A stretch of DNA of 64,000 nt from Firmicutes bacterium ADurb.Bin300 (GTDB lineage: Bacteria; Bacillota; Clostridia; Oscillospirales; Acutalibacteraceae), in assembly GCA_002069015.1 (NCBI GenBank), contig MWBL01000001.1, positions 24,967-88,966 of the forward strand, in the 5' to 3' direction. The notes under the pieces were generated by a model. That model was not told where the DNA came from, ran no database searches, and saw only the letters and a program-made list of their open reading frames with translations. The translations under genes and the position numbers were made by a program. Position 1 is the stretch's first letter, and every line of letters begins with the position of its first letter. Of the stretch, positions 59,249 to 64,000 are shown in pieces.

Positions 59249-59719
59249 TCAACTAAGATATCTGCCATGTGTTATTTCGTTAGAACTAATGGTCGTTATA
59301 CTTTCGTGTGCAATGCTAATAGGTGTAAACGAATAGGATACGGAGGCCGTTAAATTTGTGCTTAAAGTACCATAATCCCAATCGCTAACTACCTGACCCG
59401 CTTGGTTGCCTCTTACGGAAACAAATACATCCTTGTATTTTCTTAGGTTTGTACAAGCTGTAATATGAGTCCACGCATTAGAACTGCTTCTTCCATAATC
59501 ACCGTCTAATGCGAGATCAGAATCTTCGCATGATAAATCACGGTTGTATGAGCTTGGCAGTGAACCGGTTGTGCAACAACCGCAAAGACTGCGTGTTGTT
59601 ATTCTTTCCGGATAATACGCGTCAACCATATCTTCTACAGCAAATGCAGATACGACAAGAACCGGGAAAGCAAGTAATAACGCAATTAACCCAATAAAAA
59701 GTCTTTTTTTGATTTTCAT
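59249..59719 (-). CDS. Secreted Cys-containing protein of unknown function (156-aa precursor)
   Basis: ATG at 59719 gives a classic signal peptide, MKIKKRLFIGLIALLLAFPVLVVSAFA/VED. The mature part has 5 Cys including a CGCC cluster. The gap to the next gene is 8 nt. Confidence 0.7.
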   Translation of the reverse strand: MKIKKRLFIGLIALLLAFPVLVVSAFAVEDMVDAYYPERITTRSLCGCCTTGSLPSSYNRDLSCEDSDLALDGDYGRSSSNAWTHITACTNLRKYKDVFVSVRGNQAGQVVSDWDYGTLSTNLTASVSYSFTPISIAHESITTISSNEITHGRYLS

Positions 59720-60133
59720 TATTATGAACATTCCTTTCTGCGAAAGGCAGCAAACGGAATGGATTCCGGTATGCCTAATCGCTTAAACAAGTTTTTGCAT
59801 TAATTAAACTTAAGTAAAAGAACGGAGCAGGTTGCGTTGGTAAGCTTAAATAAATTTAAAATGAAACATCGGACCCACCCTTTCATTTAATTATAAGGCA
59901 TAAATGGTTTAAATTAATGTACTGTTATCTCTCTGCTATTACGGTTCACAATGGATAATACCACAACTATATTAATATACCAAAATATACCTTTAGTAAT
60001 ATGATATCACATAATATAACAAAACACAACAAAACAGATATAAAATAGTTAACAAATATTACCTGCGATATTCGGTGATATTAACCAATTTTAGAATACC
60101 ACATTTAAATACTGCCAAATTATTCAGATATGA

Positions 60134-60182
60134 TAAAAAAGAGACCGCACCTCAAATCTCATAATGAAAGGTAGGGGCGGTC
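60134..60182 (-). terminator. Intrinsic terminator after the MFS transporter gene
   Basis: On the minus strand: GACCGCCCCTACCT...AGGTGCGGTC followed by TCTTTTTT. Confidence 0.5.
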
Positions 60183-60205
60183 AGGTTATTAATATGCTGT
60201 TTACT

Positions 60206-61639
60206 TTATCTTATGACAGAAGCGCTCTCGCTTCCCGCGAGCGCCTCGCGGCGATCCTTCAGTTTCCGTTCCACCTCGGCTTTATGTGCTTTGTCATCCT
60301 TTACAAAGCTTATAAAGAACAGATAAAGAAGGGCGCCTGAAACAGGACCGAGAATAAACATAGGCCATTGGAATTTTTTAAAATAACTGCTTTGAGGGAG
60401 TCCCGCATTTTTTCTGAAGCTGTCGTACCCGAGCTTTGATAATATAAATCCTTCAATCAGCGCACCCGAGCCGCCGCTAAGCTTAGAAATAAAGTTTTGC
60501 ATAGCAAACGAGACACCTTCGGTCCTAACACCTGTTTTGAGCTCTACCTCGTCAATAGAATCACTCGTCAGTGTTCTGTGAGCAATATCCATAAGTGAGC
60601 CGGGTATGTTCATCAAAGAGGAAAGAAGAATAATTACAATAAAACGGGCAGGAGAATCAAATCCCACAAAAAATGTGATTATTCTTATAGCTATTGCGGC
60701 AATTTGCGAAAGAAGCAATATTCGCTTCATACCGCCGATTTTTGCGGCAATTTTATTCGCAAAAAAGATAGCCGCCGCGCCCGGAATACCGGCGAGCAGT
60801 CCAAAAAGAAATTCGGCGCTTTGTCCGTTCATAAAGGTAACGCAGTTCTCAAAGAAATAAGCTCCTTGAATCTTTGGACTTAAAGACAAGGAAAACCTTG
60901 CGATTGAGATAAGCAGTAAGGTGGGATTATGCCTTAAAACAGTCAGGGATTTCAGCGTGCTTTTCTCAGGCGCTCCGCTTTCAACAAGCTCGGGCATTTT
61001 ATATGCCCTCATTGAAAGCAATTGACCGAAAAGTCCGAAAGCAATACCAAAAATCAAAAAGACCTGAGCATCGGGTATTCCCGACCTGAGCAGCTGTGAC
61101 CTTAATAACTGAAACAATCCCGCAAAGGCACTGCCCGCTCCCGCTCCAATTGAAACCCATTGAGCTACTCTGGCGCGTTCGTTTGAGTGAGGGCTTGAAA
61201 GGGCAATCATTCCCCAAAGACCGACATCCTGATAAGAGTAAAAGAAGTCCCAGATAAAATAGAGTATTAAAATATAAAAAATTTTTCCGTTTTCATCAAA
61301 GCTGACATTCAAAAACATCAAAGCAGACAAAGCGCCTATAATAGGGGGAAAATACAAAAGATAAGGCCTTAGCTTACGGTAAGGGAGATGCTTTCTCCTG
61401 TCAATCAAGGCGCCGATAAAAGGGTCATTAACAGCGTCCCACGCATAGCTTGACGAGAAAACATAACCAACCTTTTTAGGGTTCATATGAAGAATATTTA
61501 CGCAAAAATATCTAAGCCATCCCGAAACATAAGAGTAATGTATGTTTTGCCCCGCAAGTCCTATCGCATAATCCAGAATATTTCTGTTTGCCGCGTAGCC
61601 TTCGCCGATGGGTGTCTTATTAAACAGGAAAAATCCCAT
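60206..61639 (-). CDS. MFS transporter, glycoside-pentoside-hexuronide (GPH/MelB-like) family
   Basis: About 12 TM segments. The DAVNDPFIGALIDRRK loop motif is typical of GPH symporters. Confidence 0.8.
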   Translation of the reverse strand: MGFFLFNKTPIGEGYAANRNILDYAIGLAGQNIHYSYVSGWLRYFCVNILHMNPKKVGYVFSSSYAWDAVNDPFIGALIDRRKHLPYRKLRPYLLYFPPIIGALSALMFLNVSFDENGKIFYILILYFIWDFFYSYQDVGLWGMIALSSPHSNERARVAQWVSIGAGAGSAFAGLFQLLRSQLLRSGIPDAQVFLIFGIAFGLFGQLLSMRAYKMPELVESGAPEKSTLKSLTVLRHNPTLLLISIARFSLSLSPKIQGAYFFENCVTFMNGQSAEFLFGLLAGIPGAAAIFFANKIAAKIGGMKRILLLSQIAAIAIRIITFFVGFDSPARFIVIILLSSLMNIPGSLMDIAHRTLTSDSIDEVELKTGVRTEGVSFAMQNFISKLSGGSGALIEGFILSKLGYDSFRKNAGLPQSSYFKKFQWPMFILGPVSGALLYLFFISFVKDDKAHKAEVERKLKDRREALAGSESASVIR

Positions 61640-61758
61640 TCAATCACTCCTTATTTACTTAACAGCAGCCAAAAAATCTTATCTGTTACTTTTTAGAATT
61701 ATAGTAGCATTTAAAGAATGCGTTTTCAACCCTTTAGGCAAAAAAGTCACACGATAGA

Positions 61759-61787
61759 TTGACAATAAACGATAAAAAGGTTAGAAT
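61759..61787 (+). promoter_or_regulatory. Sigma-A-like promoter upstream of the PAP2 phosphatase gene
   Basis: TTGACA, 17 nt, TAGAAT. GGAGG lies 6 nt before the ATG at 61815. Confidence 0.5.
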
Positions 61788-61814
61788 ATCATTATAAAAT
61801 TTTGGAGGTGTGAT

Positions 61815-62402
61815 ATGGATTTTATTACAAGCCTCGATTGGAGGATCTTTCAATTTTTCGAGGAATACTTATGGAATCCTGTCCTTAACGTAATAATGAC
61901 CGTAATTACTACCCTCGGAGACGGGGGAATAATTTGGATAGTTTGCGCAATATGCCTTCTCATAACAAAGAAGTACCGTAAAGTAGGGGCAATGGTAGCG
62001 TGCGGGCTCATATTTTCACTTATTTTTACGGATGCCGTATTCAAGCCGCTGATTGAACGTGTCAGACCGTTTAATTTCGACGGTTGGCCCGCTGAGTTTG
62101 TCTTTCCTGATTTGGTTGAAAGACCACAAAGTCTGTCATTCCCGTCCGGTCATACCTCCTCCTCATTCGCGGCGGCTGTCCCGATGCTTCTCGGATGTAA
62201 AAAACAAATCGGAATCCCTGCGGTTATTTTTGCGTTTTTCGTAGGCATATCGAGGATTTATGTCCATGTTCACTACGCAACCGATGTTATCGCAGGCTTT
62301 GTCTTTGGAGTTTTGTATGGACTTGCCGCATATTATTTAGTCACAAAGCTTATTCCCCTTATCATTAAAAAGCTCAAGGAGAGAAAAACTAAAAAGGCAT
62401 AA
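61815..62402 (+). CDS. PAP2-family membrane phosphatase (undecaprenyl-diphosphatase BcrC-like)
   Basis: KxxxxxxRP (KPLIERVRP), PSGH (SFPSGHTS) and SRxxxxxHxxxD (SRIYVHVHYATD) motifs. Confidence 0.9.
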   Translation: MDFITSLDWRIFQFFEEYLWNPVLNVIMTVITTLGDGGIIWIVCAICLLITKKYRKVGAMVACGLIFSLIFTDAVFKPLIERVRPFNFDGWPAEFVFPDLVERPQSLSFPSGHTSSSFAAAVPMLLGCKKQIGIPAVIFAFFVGISRIYVHVHYATDVIAGFVFGVLYGLAAYYLVTKLIPLIIKKLKERKTKKA

Positions 62403-62426
62403 AAATACCAAAAAAATATTCATGAA

Positions 62427-62465
62427 AAAGAAGACAGGTGCAAACCGTACTTGTCTTCTTTTTTT
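62427..62465 (+). terminator. Intrinsic terminator after the PAP2 gene
   Basis: AAAGAAGACAGG-loop-CTTGTCTTCTTT followed by a T-run. Confidence 0.6.
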
Positions 62466-62505
62466 AGACATACATCCTTAGCAATGCTGCCGCAAATTTA
62501 CAAAG

Positions 62506-62540
62506 TTAAAAAGCCGCAAGTTCCTTTTGGAATGCGGCTT
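62506..62540 (-). terminator. Intrinsic terminator after the malic enzyme gene
   Basis: On the minus strand: AAGCCGCA-loop-TGCGGCTT followed by TTTTT. Confidence 0.6.
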
Positions 62541-62548
62541 TAACATTG

Positions 62549-63718
62549 TTATATTCTTGCGACCCTTGTATCCCGTGCAGCTTGTGCAACTGCTGAGGCT
62601 ACCGCCTTGCCCACTCTTTTGTCGAAAGCCTTAGGAATAATATATTCGCTTGAAAGCTCGGTCTCGTCCACTATTGAGGCTATTGCATACGCGGCGGCAA
62701 GCTTCATTTCGTTATTAATGTCGCTCGCTCTGACATCAAGCGCACCTCTGAAAATGCCGGGGAAGGCAAGAACGTTGTTGATCTGATTCGGATAATCACT
62801 TCTTCCCGTTCCGACAACCCGAGCGCCGGCAGTAAGTGCAAGCTCCGGCATAATTTCCGGCACGGGATTAGCCATCGGGAGTACAATTGAACGGGGGGCC
62901 ATTGAGCGAACCATATCCTGTGTTACGATGCCCGGAGCGGATACTCCGATGAAAACATCAGCTCCTGCCATAGCGTCGGCAAGGTTGCCCCTTTTGCGTT
63001 GCAAATTCGTGAAATCGGCTATCTCCTGCTTTGCGGGAGAAAGATTATCTCCGGTGCAAATAATTCCGTTTCTGTCGCACATAAGAATATCACCGACGCC
63101 TATGTCCTTAAGAAGCTTCGCTATTGCAACGCCCGCCGCACCCGCTCCGCTGAAAGCCACAGAGCAATCCGAAAGATTTTTATTTACTACTTTCAATGCG
63201 TTGATAAGGGCAGCCGTGCACACAACAGCAGTACCGTGCTGGTCATCGTGGAAAATGGGAATATCGGTTTTCTCTTTGAGCTTTTTTTCTATTTCAAAGC
63301 AGCGCGGAGCAGATATATCCTCAAGGTTAATACCTCCGAAGCTGCCTGAAATCAGAGCTATCGTATTAACTATCTGGTCGACATCCTTTGATTTTATGCA
63401 AAGAGGAAAAGCATCTACACCACCAAACTCCTTAAACAGGACACATTTTCCCTCCATAACGGGCATACCTGCCTCCGCTCCGATGTCACCGAGACCCAAA
63501 ACCGCGGTACCGTCCGTGACAACAAGAACGAGGTTATGGCGGCGCGTCAATTCGAATGACTTATTTATGTCCTTTTGTATTTCAAGACAGGGCTGTGCAA
63601 CTCCGGGAGTATAAGCTAAGGATAATTCCTCCCGGTTATTAACACTCGCGCGGGCTATGACCTCGATTTTGCCTTTCCATTCATAGTGAAGTCTTAACGA
63701 TTCCTTTTGATAATCCAT
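62549..63718 (-). CDS. NAD(P)-dependent malic enzyme (short MaeB-type, 389 aa)
   Basis: LAYTPGVA, VTDGTAVLGLGDIG and FSGAGAAGVAIAKLL motifs. Confidence 0.9.
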   Translation of the reverse strand: MDYQKESLRLHYEWKGKIEVIARASVNNREELSLAYTPGVAQPCLEIQKDINKSFELTRRHNLVLVVTDGTAVLGLGDIGAEAGMPVMEGKCVLFKEFGGVDAFPLCIKSKDVDQIVNTIALISGSFGGINLEDISAPRCFEIEKKLKEKTDIPIFHDDQHGTAVVCTAALINALKVVNKNLSDCSVAFSGAGAAGVAIAKLLKDIGVGDILMCDRNGIICTGDNLSPAKQEIADFTNLQRKRGNLADAMAGADVFIGVSAPGIVTQDMVRSMAPRSIVLPMANPVPEIMPELALTAGARVVGTGRSDYPNQINNVLAFPGIFRGALDVRASDINNEMKLAAAYAIASIVDETELSSEYIIPKAFDKRVGKAVASAVAQAARDTRVARI

Positions 63719-63745
63719 AAAACATACCGCCTTTTTTCGATTGAT

Positions 63746-64000
63746 TTATTCCCACGGAAATTTGTATTTGTTAAGCTTCAGGCTGTCACGTACCGTAATA
63801 AATTCTTTTTGAACAGCGGGGTTTATCGGAACGCCCGACTCCTTACGGGTTAGCCATACCTCATACTCCTTTTCCCCTGCGGTATAAATACGGTCTTGAC
63901 CGGGTGCTTTTTTTGACGCTCTGAGCGCACGGCAAATTTCTCCCGCTGTCTTTCTGAACTGCTGTGTACCCATAAACGCGTTTGTGTCGATAGCGATAAA
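63746..64000 (-). CDS. C-terminal part of an Ldh_2-family (malate/L-lactate/sulfolactate-type) dehydrogenase, 5' end beyond window
   Basis: The frame is open to the window edge. The C-terminal RIYTAGEKEYE motif resembles the Ldh_2 family. Assignment is from memory of that motif only. Confidence 0.5.
   Translation of the reverse strand, partial: FIAIDTNAFMGTQQFRKTAGEICRALRASKKAPGQDRIYTAGEKEYEVWLTRKESGVPINPAVQKEFITVRDSLKLNKYKFPWE

Noticed and set aside
1-64000. Window-wide scan for CRISPR arrays, rRNA or tRNA genes, transposases, integrases, and long direct or inverted repeats flanking the two accessory blocks.
   Set aside because: I found no regularly spaced repeats, no recognisable RNA gene signatures, no recombinase-like ORFs and no obvious flanking repeats by eye. 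A computational repeat and covariance-model scan would be needed to be certain.

Overview
This window looks like a low-to-moderate G+C chromosomal segment from an endospore-forming Clostridia-type Firmicute. Most of it is a densely packed plus-strand backbone. It carries the complete spoIIIAA-AH operon and a B. subtilis ypu-like block (scpA-scpB-ytfI/J-dacB-rluB). It also carries a ylo-like block (yicC-remA-gmk-rpoZ-priA-def-fmt-rsmB-rlmN-stp-prkC-rsgA-spoVM), followed by sipL-like/spoIVA/spoIVB/spo0A. Other backbone genes are cdaA-cdaR, an OmpR-type two-component pair, asnS, ispF and prmC. I saw no rRNA, tRNA, CRISPR array, transposase or integrase. Two minus-strand accessory insertions interrupt the backbone. 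The first (9.8-13.4 kb) is a translationally coupled three-gene cassette with its own promoter and terminator. It encodes a polytopic membrane protein, a radical-SAM/SPASM enzyme whose SPASM motif is canonical but whose N-terminal cluster motif reads CX7CX6C, and a 507-aa anchored coiled-coil protein with a Gly/Lys-repeat tail. This is my best candidate for an undescribed system. The second (53.6-59.7 kb) is visibly more G+C-rich. It is a MacB/FtsX-type ABC module with two FtsX permeases, a 737-aa protein with a duplicated periplasmic domain, a leading secreted Cys-containing protein and two trailing tiny charged ORFs. Other points: prkC is broken by a short out-of-frame deletion, a 24-aa SpoVM-like ORF is missing from the ORF track, and an M23 peptidase with intact catalytic motifs lies directly after spoIIIAH. 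All functional calls come from reading motifs and synteny by eye; no database search was run.
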